This document shows, in pieces, positions 12,996 through 25,430 of a stretch of 64,000 nucleotides of DNA. The notes under the pieces were generated by a model, which saw only the letters and a program-made list of their open reading frames with translations, made no database searches and had not been told where the DNA came from. The position numbers were made by a program, and so were the translations under genes. The number at the start of each line of letters is the position of its first letter. The stretch's first letter is position 1. Source of the DNA: Mobula hypostoma (Eukaryota); contig NC_086124.1 in assembly GCF_963921235.1 (NCBI RefSeq), positions 1,488,001 to 1,552,000 on the forward strand, read 5' to 3'.

Positions 12996-13924
12996 TTTTT
13001 AAGTACAGCATGATATGTGAGATTGCACAGAATAGTTGGTGGTTACACTTTCTAAAGTAGCTTAGGAAGGAATTTAAATAAAGGTGAATAACTTGCCAGT
13101 CATGGTCTGGTACGTATTCTCAAAATCGCATCAATCGCATGTTGTTGAAATTACGTGGTTAACGCAGCCTATTGTTGCACAGCTTAAGTATAATTAGTTG
13201 CCTGAATTTACTGCACAGATGGGTAAATTCCTCGTTCAACTTTGCTTTTATAAGTGAAAATAATGTTGACTATTTAAATTACAGCTTAGAAAGTCTGGAG
13301 TAGGTGTAAGGCAATTGGCCCACCGAGCTTGTTCTGTCCTTCAGAGAGAACCTGCACATGCGTCAACCTCCTTACTGTTTAAAAATCAGCTCCTGACTTA
13401 AACATGCTCAGCACCGAGCCTCCACCACCCCTAAGGCAGAAGAATATTGGATTAGTTTAGTTGGCCATTTGATTACTAATTTAATTGGTTCAGCACAACA
13501 CTGTAGGCCAAAAGGCCTGTACCTATGATGTACCCTCCTGTGTCCTGGAACTCTAGAGACTTATCCTCCGTGTACAGAAATGCCTTCACGCGTTGTCGCA
13601 GCCCCCGGCCCCTTCCCTTGTGACAGTGACCCCTGGTTACATGGTCCCCTCTCTGGCCCTGAAAATCAAGCTCTCAGAAAAGCCCCACAAATATTTACAC
13701 CAAATTATCATTGCACTTTACTATATGCGTAACTGTGGGGAACTATCTTCCTGTCTTCTGAAAATGTCAAGTTGAGCAATCATTTCAATTGCATCATTTT
13801 ATATAACTTGGGTTAAGTAATCTTGACATTACACAAATAAAAAAATGTCATGATTATTTAAAAAGACCTGGGCAATGCACTCAAGGGTTCAGTGCTACTG
13901 TTAGATGTCACTCATTCCTTCATT

Positions 13925-14270
13925 TTGTGCCGTGCCGTATGATGTGGGCGATCGTGGTCTCCTTGGCCATGATCGTTCTTGGCAAATTTTTCTACAGAAG
14001 TGGTTTGCCATTGCCTTCTCCTGGGCAGTGCCTTTACAAGATGGGTGACCCCAGCCATTATCAATACTGTTCAGAGATTGTCTGCCTGGTGTCAGTGGTC
14101 GCATAACCAGGACTTGTGATATGCACCAACTGCTCATACGACCATCCATCACCTCCTCCCATGGCTTTATGCGACACTGATAGAGGGGCGAAGCAGGTGC
14201 TACACCTTGCCCAAGGGCGACCTGCAGGCTTGTGGAGGGAAGGAGTAGGTATCTCCACCCCGCCCACCCT
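13925..14270 (-). mobile_element. RTE-related non-autonomous element (family A, copy 2)
   Basis: Homologous to 2478-2836 and 16820-17210. Confidence 0.75.
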
Positions 14271-14744
14271 AGATTTCTAAATATTCAGATATAAAACACA
14301 GCCCTCGTGTTGTCTTGACATCACCTTTCGCCCTCTGCCCCTACCTCCCCCCTCCCCAACACACCACACCTGGGTCTACCTGCTCATCATGTCCCTCCTC
14401 ACAGACCTCACCGTACACAACTTATCAGAACTTTGCTTTCTCTACACCAGTCACATTTAATCCTCATCCAGGCTCGACTACCTCCAGGTCCTACAGTCCC
14501 ACGGGTTTCCTTGTCATATTCCAAACTACTGTGTTAATTTCCTAAGTTTATAGCCATCTACTTTCTCACAGCACTGAGTCCCTCTCACAAATCACCACTG
14601 TGTTCCCTCACCTATGTTTCGCCCTGGTCCACTAACATCTCACTCACCTGTTGTAATCCATCTAGGGAACCGTCCATTCCCTTTCTAACCAGTAACACCA
14701 TTTTCTTTCAAGTCTGAGTACTTCCTCCTCACACTATTCCATCA

Positions 14745-15640
14745 GCCAACATTTGGTAAGCATACTGTCCGTTGGCTGGGTTCCAAACCCGGTGATTTCT
14801 GATGGTGACAAGAGGGCGTACAGGAGCAAGATATACCAGCTGGCTGAGTGGTGTCACAACAGCAGCCTCGCACTTAACGTCAGCAAGAACAAAGAAATGA
14901 CTGTGGACTTCAGAAAGGGTAAGACGAGGAAACACACACCAGTCCTCATAGAGGGATCAGAAGTGGAGAGAGTGAGCAATTTCAACTTCCTGGGTGTCAG
15001 CATCTCTGAGGATCTAACCTGGGCCCAACATATCAATGCAGCTACAAAGAAGGCACAACAGTAGCTGTATTTCATTTGGAGTTTGAGGAAGTTTGTTATG
15101 TCACCAAACACACTTGTAAATTTCTACATAAGTACCATGGAGAGGATTCTGACTGGCTGCATCACTGTCTGGTATGGGTTGGGGGAAGGCATTGCACAGG
15201 ATCGAAATAAGCTGCAGAGAGTTGTGAACTCAGTCAGCACCATCATGGGCACCGGCCTCCGTAGTATCCAGGACATCGTCAAGGAGCAATGTCTCAAAAA
15301 GGCAGCATCCATCATTAAGGAGTCCTGTCATTCATGCCCTGTTCTCATTGCTACCATCAGGGAGGAGGTACAGGAGCCTGAAGACACACACTCAACGATT
15401 CAGGAACAGCTTCTTCACTCTGCCATCAGATTTCTGAATGGACATTGAACCCATGAACACTACCTCACTACATTTTTATATTTTTATTTTTGCACTTATT
15501 TAATTTAACTATTGTAATATACAGTATATATTTACTCTAATTCACAGTTTTTTCTCTATCATTATGTATTGCATTGTACTGCTGTCGCAAAGTTAACTAA
15601 TTTCATGGCATATGCCAGTGATATTAGACCTAATTCTAAT
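14745..15640 (+). mobile_element. Rex1/Babar LINE 3' fragment
   Basis: KEMTVDFRK...ERVSNFNFLGVSISEDLTW...ILTGCITVWYG. Confidence 0.85.
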
Positions 15641-15844
15641 TCCCTCTGTCCATTTCTCCATCTTCTCCTCTCTTCCCCAAACCAATGCCTTCAGTCAATT
15701 TTCCTCCTACTTTACACACAAAGTGCTGGAGAAGCTCAGCAGGTCAGGTAGCATCTATGAAGAGGATTAAGCAGTCAGCATTTCTAGCCGAGACCCTTCA
15801 TCCAGACTGAATCCTGAGAACTTTGTGAGTCTAAGAAATGAAGC

Positions 15845-16295
15845 ACTGACATTGGAGAGGCTCCAGAGGAGAAACGAATCCAGGAATGGAAGGGTTAACT
15901 TCTGAAGAGCATTTGATGGCTCTGGGCCTGTACTCACTGGAGTTTAAAAGGATGAGGGGAGGGGGATCTCATTGAATCCTACCAAATATTCAAGAGGTCT
16001 AGATACTGCGGACATGGAGAGGATTTTTCTATAGTGAGGAAGTCTAGGACCAGAGGGAACAGCTTTGAAAAGAAGGACAACCCTTTAGAACAAAGATGAG
16101 GAGGAATTTCTTTAGCCAGAGGGTGGTGAATCTTTGGCATTCACTGCCACAGGCGGCTGTGGAGGCCAAGTCATTGGGTCTTTTAAAGCAGAGGTTGATG
16201 GGTTTTTGATTAGTCAGGGTGTCAAAGGATGCAGTGAGGAGGCAGGAAAATGGGGTTGAGAGGGATAATAGATCAGCTGTTGTTGAATGGCAGGA
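15845..16295 (+). mobile_element. CR1 LINE 3' fragment
   Basis: Decayed CR1 RT C-terminus and 3' UTR. Confidence 0.75.
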
Positions 16296-16319
16296 TGAAC
16301 TTTGAATTTGAATTTTGGA

Positions 16320-16790
16320 TTCGAATTTGAATGATCTTTATTGTCATTATACATAGTTACAATGAATCTTTGTTTGGCGTCCTCTCAGGCAATGAAATAA
16401 AGCAGTAGATAAAAACAAGACAGTAATAGAAAAACAGTATTAAATAGATAAGTAGCAGACAATAATTTGTAGCAGCACCAGAATATCACAGTAATGCACA
16501 AAGTGCCGTTAGTGCAAGTATTTGAGTCCTTGTGTGTGGTCACCATTTCAGTCATTGTTCTGTGGGAGTGGTGTGATGGAGGCCACAGCTCTGGGATAGA
16601 AGTTGTTCCTCAGTCTATTTGTTCTGGCTTTTAGTGTCCTGAACCTTTTGCTGGACGGCAGCGGGTCAAACAGGGAGTGGCCGGGGTGTGTGGTGTCTCT
16701 GGTTATGCTGATTGCTTTCCTCCTGAGTCTGCTGGAATAGATGGTGTCCAGCACCAACTTGATGGACCGAGTGGCCTGGTTCTGCTCCTG
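16320..16790 (-). mobile_element. Rex1/Babar LINE 3' fragment
   Basis: HPGHSLFDPLPSSKRFRTLKARTNRLRNNFYPRAV. Confidence 0.8.
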
Positions 16791-16819
16791 TGTCTTATGT
16801 TTATTCCTCTCCATAGATG

Positions 16820-17210
16820 CTGGGTGGCGGGGTGGAGGTATGTCTCTACCAAAGGAGGTGTAAGGTGCTCCTTCCCTCTGCTAGCCTGCATGTCACCCTT
16901 GGGCAAGATGTAGCACCTGCTTAGCCACCCCCCCCCCGTCCCATCAGCGTCACATGAAGCCATGGGAGCAGGTGGCGGATGGTCGTACGAGCAGCCGGTG
17001 CACATCACAAGTCCTGGTTATGCGACCACTGACACCAGGCAGACAATCTCTGAAGAGTATTGATAATGGCTGGGGTCACCCGTCTTGTAAAGACACTGCC
17101 CAGAAGAAGGCAATGGCAAACCACTTCTGTAGAAAAATTTGCCAAGAACAATCATGTTCATGGAAAGACCATGATCGCCCATGTCATACGGCATGGCACA
17201 TAACGCACAA
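16820..17210 (+). mobile_element. RTE-related non-autonomous element (family A, most complete copy)
   Basis: Hairpin-rich GC head with no tRNA A/B boxes; BovA/RTE-like motif near 17105. Confidence 0.75.
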
Positions 17211-18820
17211 TAAGTACTGCCTGACCTGCCGAGTTTCTCCAGCATGTTATGTGTGTGTAACTCTAGATTTCCGGCATTTGCAGAATCTCTTGTATTCCCT
17301 CCTGTTTTTAGATTTGTCCTGGATCAACTCTTTTATTGATTTTGTGAAGGGCCACGAAATACCAATCAACATGACTGCCATTATGTAAAGAAATATTGTT
17401 AAAATAGTTCACGGTAAAATCCATTTCTAAAAAAACTCTCCAGACTGGGAATTTAAAATCTCTCAGTTTTTTACCCCAGATGGGAACTCTGATAGAGTTT
17501 CTAAAATCAAGTACGCTTGTAGAATCTATAATGAAAGGTATTTGTCAATTTTTAATACAAAGTATAGTCTTCCATGAACTCTGTGAATAAATGGAATGGA
17601 CAAGTGTCTAAGAGGTCAAGGTCACTAAGGCAGTTTAAGATTGCACCAGAAACCCTCTAGACAGTTTAGAGTGATTGAAAGGTACAGCACAGAAACAGGC
17701 CTTTCAGCCCATCTAGCCCACAGCGAACCATTTAAATTCCCCTTAACCTGCACTGGGACCATAGCCCTCCATACCCCTACCATCCATGTACCATCCAAAC
17801 TTCTCCTAAACTTTGAAATCGAGCTCGCATGCACCACTTGTGCTGGCAGCTCGTTCCACACTCTCACCACCCTCTGAATGAAGAAGGTTCCCCTCACATT
17901 CCCCTTAAACATTTCACCTTTCAACCAGCAAAGACAAGAGACGTCTGGATCTGCTGTGCAAAGTGGAATCTCAAACAGATATCAGATTTGAAGTCTTGGC
18001 AAACAAAAAGAATTTTGTCAATAACACCTATTGCTCTACGAGAATAGCTTCCTCTTGTTTTCATAGATCAGAACTATGCATTATATTTTACAGTACATCT
18101 GTGGACTGTGTTACATGTAACTGCTTGATTATAGTAAGAGTTGGACACCAGCATTAGAATATTGATTATATATTTTTATGGTCCTCCACATTGCAACTTC
18201 AATATTATCAGTGTGGATTAAAAGTCGATACCATTTTCATTTCCTTTACTCTTCAGATTAATCGCCATGTCCGTCTCTCTGGGGAACCATTTTGTTTGGT
18301 GATTGTTTGAATGACACGAATAACTTTTCGATTTTAATGTTTAGAAGTTATCGGCAGTCTTTCAAATGTCAACGTTTTTATCATTTTACAAACTTGTATT
18401 AAAGGAAGAAATATTAAAAATCGTAGTATAATTTCATCTGTGGTTATAACATTATCAGTGAATATGTTACCATTCTCCCTGATCACCACTTTCTTCAAAA
18501 TGTGTAACAATTGCCCTGATCTCTGTTAGTGTGAAGGCCAATTCAGTGAGTCTAAACCTCTGGATTCCAGCAGGAGGGTAATGTTAGATAAAAACAGGAT
18601 GAGATTAAGTGAAATAAAAGACAACAATTTGGCTTTCAGAATACATATGGGTGTCATTGCCATTGATGGGGGTGCTTTCGGTAACACAGTGGCGAGACAG
18701 GACAGAGTTAAAGGAGTTCAAATTGAACGCACTGACAGTGAGCAGCTTGAGGCTACATTTGCCAGTTTCACTGAGACACACACGGAGTTAACACCATGAT
18801 AAATGACAGTAGATCCCTTC

Positions 18821-19233
18821 TGTGAGGATCAGTAACGAACTCAAGCAGGAACCATAGAGACTTTTGCAATTCAAATAAAACTGAAGGTTTATTACAGAAA
18901 TCATCAAGAGCTCAGGCAAACAAGACTGGATCTTGACGGACTGAAATCACCAACTAAGTCCGAGTTTTACCCAAGAAGAAACCACGACAACCCAACAAAC
19001 AGGGGTTGGCATTCCCCCCCTGAAATACACCCCGGGGTGCATAAGAATTCTGGACATTGACAATCCCGTGCTAATTAAATTATCCCAAATCGAATAAAAG
19101 TGATAAATACAAAGAGTTTAAGAATCCCTGTGATCCTTGCAAAACTAAATGGAGAACCAGAGCTGGTGCAAAGTCAAACAATTAGACGGAAAAGGTAATT
19201 AATTCGAGGACAACGCAGACCCAGGAGGTGACA
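18821..19233 (-). mobile_element. Possible solo LTR
   Basis: TG...CA termini (tgtcac...ctcaca on the minus strand) and AATAAA near the 3' end; no matching TSD found. Confidence 0.3.
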
Positions 19234-19848
19234 CCAAGAAAAAGAGAAAATGCAGTTCACATACTGGCTGACATCAAAAAACTCAATTTTTAAAAAATTG
19301 TCTAATGGTTGTGACACCTTCAATGAATTGATACGAATAGAATCATTATTCTAAAGCCCAGGAAAAATCAGGTAACTGCAATGATAGTATTAACTGCACT
19401 TCGTTCAGAAACACAAAGAACACTACCTAAATGACAAACGAGAAAATCAGCTGATGCTGGAAGTTAAAGAGAAGGGTCTTGGCCCAAAGTGTCGGCTGTT
19501 TACTCATTTCCATAGAAGTTGCCCGAGCTGCCGAGTTCCTCCAGCATTTTGTGTGGATTACCAGCTAAATAAGCTGACTTTGGTTGTAACATACAGCAGT
19601 GTTCACTAAGCCCAGTGTAAGATACAACCCAGTTTCCACAAGAACGTTCAACATACCTTTTATTTTCTTGTGAACGATATCTCCTCTACATGGTATTGTT
19701 CACACAAGGTGGTGAAACGCTGGGTTGTCTTTTCCCTTAAGGGCTCTGAATTAAGCAACTACGGTCTCAGTGCAGGAACTCCATTGAATTCCCCACAAGT
19801 TGCTGCCACCTCACCTCACGCCACGATCTCACCGAGCATCGCATTTAC

Positions 19849-19975
19849 CTCAGATGCTTTGTCTTCTGGTACAGTTCAACCGATCTGTACAAGTAGCATG
19901 TGGCGACCAACCACATCCTGTTGAAGTGAACAATACCAGAGAGCTAGAGAAGGCTGTGTGAAGCCTGATATTTGG

Positions 19976-20008
<33 letters not shown>

Positions 20009-20041
20009 CAGGTGCATGTGTTTCTCAACTCCGCAACAAAG
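19849..20041 (-). promoter_or_regulatory. Candidate lymphoid promoter/enhancer with a possible non-coding first exon
   Basis: ACAGGATGTGGT (ETS:RUNX composite, 19910-19921), E-box CAGGTG (20009-20014), HMG/TCF site CTTTGTT (20035-20041), splice donor GAG|GTAAAT at 19848. Confidence 0.4.
19978..20006. repeat. (CT)n microsatellite
   Basis: Direct observation. Confidence 0.95.
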
Positions 20042-20139
20042 GGCCCCAGAAAACTACAGGAGATCCATCCAAAAGGTAGCAATGCGCCAAAAAAAAAGCT
20101 TCACTTACATTCAGGAGCACCAGTGAGTTCCTGGTAGAA

Positions 20140-21990
20140 CAATGCTTCTCAATCTTTTTCTGCTCTTGACCCACTTGTGACCTTCATTTACTGTACCTCT
20201 GCGGCCCCCCCATTCTCCATTATCTCTGCTAGTTGCTCAACTATACTAATCATTCTAATATACAGTCAATATCTACGCTTTACCAGGCTATAGGCTCGCT
20301 GCCCTGTGACGTCTACACGCCTCTGCACTGAGCTGGAGCTGTGGCCTCACGTCACTCTTGGTGGACACTCTCGAGGGCCTCAGTTCTGAACGCTATTTGC
20401 TTGCTTTTACTGATTGCATGATTTGTTCCTTTTTTCTGTGCATTGGGTGTTTGATGTTCTTTTTTTGATGGATTATTTTGTGTTTCTTTGTTTTGTGGCT
20501 CCCTGTAAGAAGATGAATCTCAAGGTTGCATAACCTAAGCATGCTTTGATAATAAATGCATTTTGAGCTTTGAACTTTATTATATTTTAAATGTAATGTT
20601 AGAGATGTATGTGAAATATAAAATGATTTCAATGCTCTGAATAAGGAACTTTATTTATAAAACATATGCTATTCATCCAAACAGCAATAACAAAGTGCTT
20701 AGTACTGTTACTTTGGGTATTCAGTAAAATCCTTGCGACTGATGCAAACTAGCAAATGATTTTGAATAGTCATAGTCATAGTCATAGTCATACTTTATTG
20801 ATCCCGGGGGAAATTGGTTTTCATTACAGTTGCACCATAAATAATAAATAGTAATAAAACCATAAATAGTTAAATAGTAATATGTAAATTATGCCAGTAA
20901 ATTATGAAATAAATCCAGGACCAGCCTATTGGCTCAGGGTGTCTGACCCTCCAAGGGAGGAGTTGTAAAGTTTGATGGCCACAGGCAGGAATGACTTCCT
21001 ATGACGCTCTGTGTTGTATCTCGATGGAATGAATCTCTGGCTGAATGTACTCCTGTGCCCAACCAGTACATTATGTAGTGGATGGGAGACATTGACCAAG
21101 ATGGCATGCAACTTGGACAGCATCCTCTTTTCAGACACCACCGTGAGAGAGTCCAGTTCCATCCCCACAACATCACTGGCCTTACGAATGTGCTTGTTGA
21201 TTCTGTTGGTGTTTGCTACCCTCAGCCTGCTGCCCCAGCACACAACAGCAAACATGATAGCACTGACCACCACAGACTCATAGAATATCCTCAGCATCGT
21301 CCGGCAGATGTTAAAGGACCTCAGTCTCCTCAGGAAATGGAGACGGCTCTGACCCTTCTTGTAGACAGCCTCAGTGTTCTTTGACCAGTCCAGTTTATTG
21401 TCAATTCGTATCCCCAGGTATTTGTAATCCTCCACCATGTCCACACTGACCCCCTGGATGGAAACATCTGGTTGCCACTTGGTTAAAGATAATCAAAAGT
21501 CACCTCTTTTCACAGCCTCAAGACAGTTGTGAGTTTTTGATAACAGGTGACGAGCTTGAGTAAAACCACATTCAACTGGATAAGTTAGTTGGGAAATCCA
21601 ATTAGAAACAACTTTGCTTTCTCCCAGAGCTGTGAAAACTTACTGCAAATATCACTAGTTATCCTGAAATGTTGCTTGCTGCGTTTGAATTTTGCTTGAG
21701 CTGTTATGTCAACTCTGCAGCTCAATAAGACATTCTTGCAATGTGGTGTTAACATCATTCAAGTTCACCCCAAATGGATCCACCACCCAATCTGGAATAT
21801 GCCTCTCCAGTAGGTCTCTGAACAGAAATTCCATATCAGTGTGCAGTTGCTTCAAATGATCAACATATACAATCAAATCAGCATCTTGCAATTCCATTTT
21901 AAGTGTGGTGAGTGAAGGAAATTGCAGAAACTCACATCTAATATTGCTGCTGGAATGATTAATTTTACCAAGGAAAGTGGTAGTAGACAC
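20140..21990 (-). mobile_element. hAT (Charlie/SPIN/Buster-like) transposon remnant, interrupted by a Rex LINE
   Basis: FPSL...DWVVDPF...LQECLIELQ C-terminal transposase region; terminal HQSQG motif after the LINE; TIR-like caatgcttctcaa at 20140. Confidence 0.7.
20767..21466 (-). mobile_element. Rex1/Babar LINE, 5'-truncated, with an open ORF remnant
   Basis: YKYLG...KKGQSRLHFLRRLRSF...SHPLH...RKSFLPVAIKLYN; (TGACTA)n tail. Confidence 0.88.
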
Positions 21991-22004
21991 TTTGCATGAT
22001 ATGA

Positions 22005-22570
22005 GCTCCTATAGATGTGTAGTGTGGAGTGTATGGACTGGCTGCATCGTGTCCTGGTGTGGAAACACCAATGCCCTAGATTGGAAATTCCTGCAAAGAG
22101 TAGTGAATACAGCCCAGTTCATCACGGTAAAGACCTCCCCACCGCTGAGCACATCTACATGGAATGCAGTTGCAGGAAAGCAGCATCCATCACCAGCAGA
22201 TGCTTTCTTCTCACTGTTTCAGAAATAGTTACTACCCCTCAACCATCAGGCTCTTGAACCAAAGGGGAGAACTTCACTCAACTTCACTTATCCCATCGAT
22301 GAAATGTTCCTACAACCTATGGACTCACTTTCAAGGACTCTTCATCTCATGCTCTCAATACTTATTGCTTATTTATTTATTATTATTATTATTATTCCTT
22401 TCTTTTTGTATTTGCGCAGTTTGTTGTCTTTCATAGTCTGGGTGAATTCCCAAGCTGTTGGGTTTTTTTTCATTGATTCTATTATGGAACCATTGAGTAT
22501 GCCTGCAAGAAAATGAATCTCAGGTTGATATGGTGACATAGATGTACTTTGATATTAAATTTATTTTGAC
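22005..22570 (+). mobile_element. Rex1/Babar 3' fragment
   Basis: TGCIVSWCGNTNA...LQRVV...FRNSYYPSTIRLLN. Confidence 0.75.
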
Positions 22571-23159
22571 CTTTGCTGCTGCAAGATGAAATTTCATGAC
22601 ATCCGTCATTGATAATAGACCTGATTCTGATAATTTTCTCAAGTACAGAGAGGCAAGTCTTTCAAAGTTGCCGAAAGTACAGAGTGGGAACATCTACAGA
22701 TGAATAATGACAATGACTCCTACGTGTGTTTTACCAGAAAAACAGCAATTCTAATATGCTTTTGGTTCTTGGAAAACAAAGATTCCAGTCTTCAACGGGT
22801 TAACAAATGCTTTGCGTTGATACAGAAACCTACTTCCTTTCCTAAATTAACTCCGTTATCCAGAAGTATTTGGATAAAAATAGGCAAGTTGACGATATGT
22901 CGCTCTGTAAAATATTAAATCAAAGTCAAAGAGGAGTTTACTATATGCACAAGTGTTTGTGTGCACAGGTGCAATGGAAATCGTTACTTTCAGTAGCATC
23001 AAATATCACACGACAAAAATAAATCAAAAATGATTTGAACAGGAAAGAACACAATTAATATGAAAATAAACAAACTCCATTTCAATGCAGAAGTATTAAG
23101 CTGGTCATCGTCGTGCTAAACAGTAGTGATTGGGGATCTGCCAGTTGGTCCAGGAGCTG

Positions 23160-23370
23160 CACAACACTTTACAGTACCAGCGACCCCGGTTCATTTCCCA
23201 CCACTGCCTGTGAGCAGACTATGACCACGTGGTTTCCTCTGGGTGCTCTGGTTTTCTCCCACATTCAGGTGGGCAGGTTAATTGGTCATTGTAAATTGTC
23301 CCGTCATTAGGCAGGGGTTAAATTGGGTGATTGCTGGGCACTGTGGCCTGAAGAGCCTTTCCTGCATTGC
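23160..23370 (+). mobile_element. V-SINE, decayed
   Basis: V-domain remnant gtttcctctgggtgctctggttttctcccac. Confidence 0.65.
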
Positions 23371-23639
23371 GTCACAATCAGTTTCTGAATGGTTGAAGAG
23401 AGGGAGCCGTTCTTGAAGCTGGTGGTGTGTGAGCGCCTGTACCTCCTGCCCAGTGGTAGCGTCAAGAAGAAGGCAGGCCCAGAGGGTTGGGGTGTTTGGG
23501 GATCGATGTGCCCTCCTGAGGCAGTGCCTTCTGTAGATACTACCAAGGGCGGTGAGGAACGTGCTACTCTGAGATAGTGATTAGGGTTGTGCAGGTTGTT
23601 TCAAGAACTAAGGAGCTGACGAGACGTAGCTTTTCCTGA

Positions 23640-24735
23640 TCATTCTTCCCACTGCCACACCAGGGATAGGGTTCCTCTTGTCCTTGCCTACCACACCGCC
23701 AGCCTCCACGTCCAACACGTAATTCTTCCTAACATGCGTAATCTCCAACGGGATCCCATCATCATGCACGTCTTTCCCTAACCTCACTTTCTGCTTTCCG
23801 CAGGGATTGCTCCCTACCCGACCCCCTTGTCCACTCGTCCCTCCCCACTGATCTCCCTCCTGGCACTTATCCTTGAAAGCGGAACAGGTGCTACACCTGC
23901 CCCTACACCTCCTCCCTCACTACCATTCAGGGCCCCCAGCACTCCTTCCAGGTGAGATGACACTTCACCTGTAAGCCTGTTGGGGTCATCTGATGTATCC
24001 GGAGCTCCTGGTGTGGCCTCCTGTATATCGGTGAGACCTGATGCAGGTTGGGAGACCGTTTTGCCGAGCATCTACGTTCCGTCTGCCAGAATAAGGAGGA
24101 ATTTCCACTGGTCACCCATTTCAATTCTACTTCCACCCATTCCCATTCCAACATATCAATCCATGGTCTCCTCTACTACTAGGATGGAAGAGCAACACCA
24201 TATATTCTGGGTAGCCCTCAACCTGATGGCATGAAGATCAATTTTTCAAACTTTCGGTAATTGCCGACCGCCCCACCCCCATCACCCATTCTTGTTTCCC
24301 TCTCTTACCTTCTTATCACCTCCATCTGGTGCTCCCCCCCTTTCCTTTCTTCCATGGCTTTCTGTCCTCTCCCATCGGATTTCCCCTTCTCCAGCCCTTT
24401 ATCTCTGTCACCAATCAACTTCCCAGCTCTTTACTTGAGCCTCTCCCCCTCCCAATTCCACCGATCACCTACTACCTTATACTTCTTTTTCCCCTTCCCC
24501 CACCTTCGTATTTCTTCCTCCCCTCCCCCACCTTCGTATTCTTCCTCCCCCTCCCCCACCTTCGTACTGACTCCTCCCCTCCCCCCCACCTTCGTAATTC
24601 TTCCTCCCCTTCCTCTCCAGTCATGGTGAAAGGTCTCAGCCTGAAATGTCGACTGTTTACTCTTTTCCACAGATGCTGCCTGGCCTTCTGAGCTCCAGCA
24701 GCCACACTGTATGTATCACTCTAGATTTCCAGGGT
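23640..24735 (+). mobile_element. Penelope-like element: GIY-YIG endonuclease region, pyrimidine-rich tail and pLTR
   Basis: Reads through DRVPLVL.YH..., CYTCPYTSSLTTIQGP, GLLYIGET, LGDRFAEHLRSV; hammerhead-like pLTR motif at 24618-24655. Confidence 0.85.
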
Positions 24736-24889
24736 GTGCAGTACTACTTGAGTCTATGATTATTCAGTACAGTATTAATTATTTTGTGTCGCATATATCT
24801 GGATTATTTATCTACAAGACATCTGTGTTCAGGGCCCGGACTGATCCCTGACAATAACCTGCACAGAATTCAGAATAAACATTTAGCAT

Positions 24890-25430
24890 CATAGAGTCAT
24901 AGAAAGGTACAGCACAGAAACAGGCCATTTGGCCCATCTAGTCCATACTGAACCATGCAAACTGCCTATTCACATCAACCTGCACCAAGACCATAGCCCT
25001 CCATACCCCTACCATCCATGTCCTTATCTAAACCTCTCTTAAACATTGAAATTGAGCTTGCATGCACCATTTGTGCTGGCAGCTTGTTCCACACTCTCGC
25101 CGCCCTCTGAGTGAAAAGGTTTCCCCTGATATTCCCCTTAAACTTTTCACCTTTCACCCTTAGCCCATGACCTCCAGATGTAGTCCCACCCAACCTCAGT
25201 GGAAAAAGCCTGCTTGCATTTACCCTATCTATAACCCTCATAATTTTGTATACATCTATCAAATCTCCCCTCAATGTTCTACTTTCTAAGGAATAAAGTC
25301 CTAACCTATTCAATCTTTCCTTATAACTCAGGTCCTCCAGACCTGGCAACATCCTTGTTAATTTTCTCTGTACCTTTTCAAAGTTAATGACATCTTTCCT
25401 GTGTGTAGGTGACAAAAACTGCACACAAGA
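24890..25430 (-). mobile_element. CR1 LINE 3' fragment
   Basis: ORF 24975-25424 (LTRMLPGLEDLSYKERL). Confidence 0.88.

Noticed and set aside
18468-18530. Possible small minus-strand exon (SGQLLHILKK) resembling an SH3 fragment
   Set aside because: Similarity too short; SH3 ALYDY/WW motifs absent
24261-24705. Overlapping Pro-rich and Gly/Glu-rich ORFs
   Set aside because: Pyrimidine-rich Penelope tail with short ccccaccttcgta repeats
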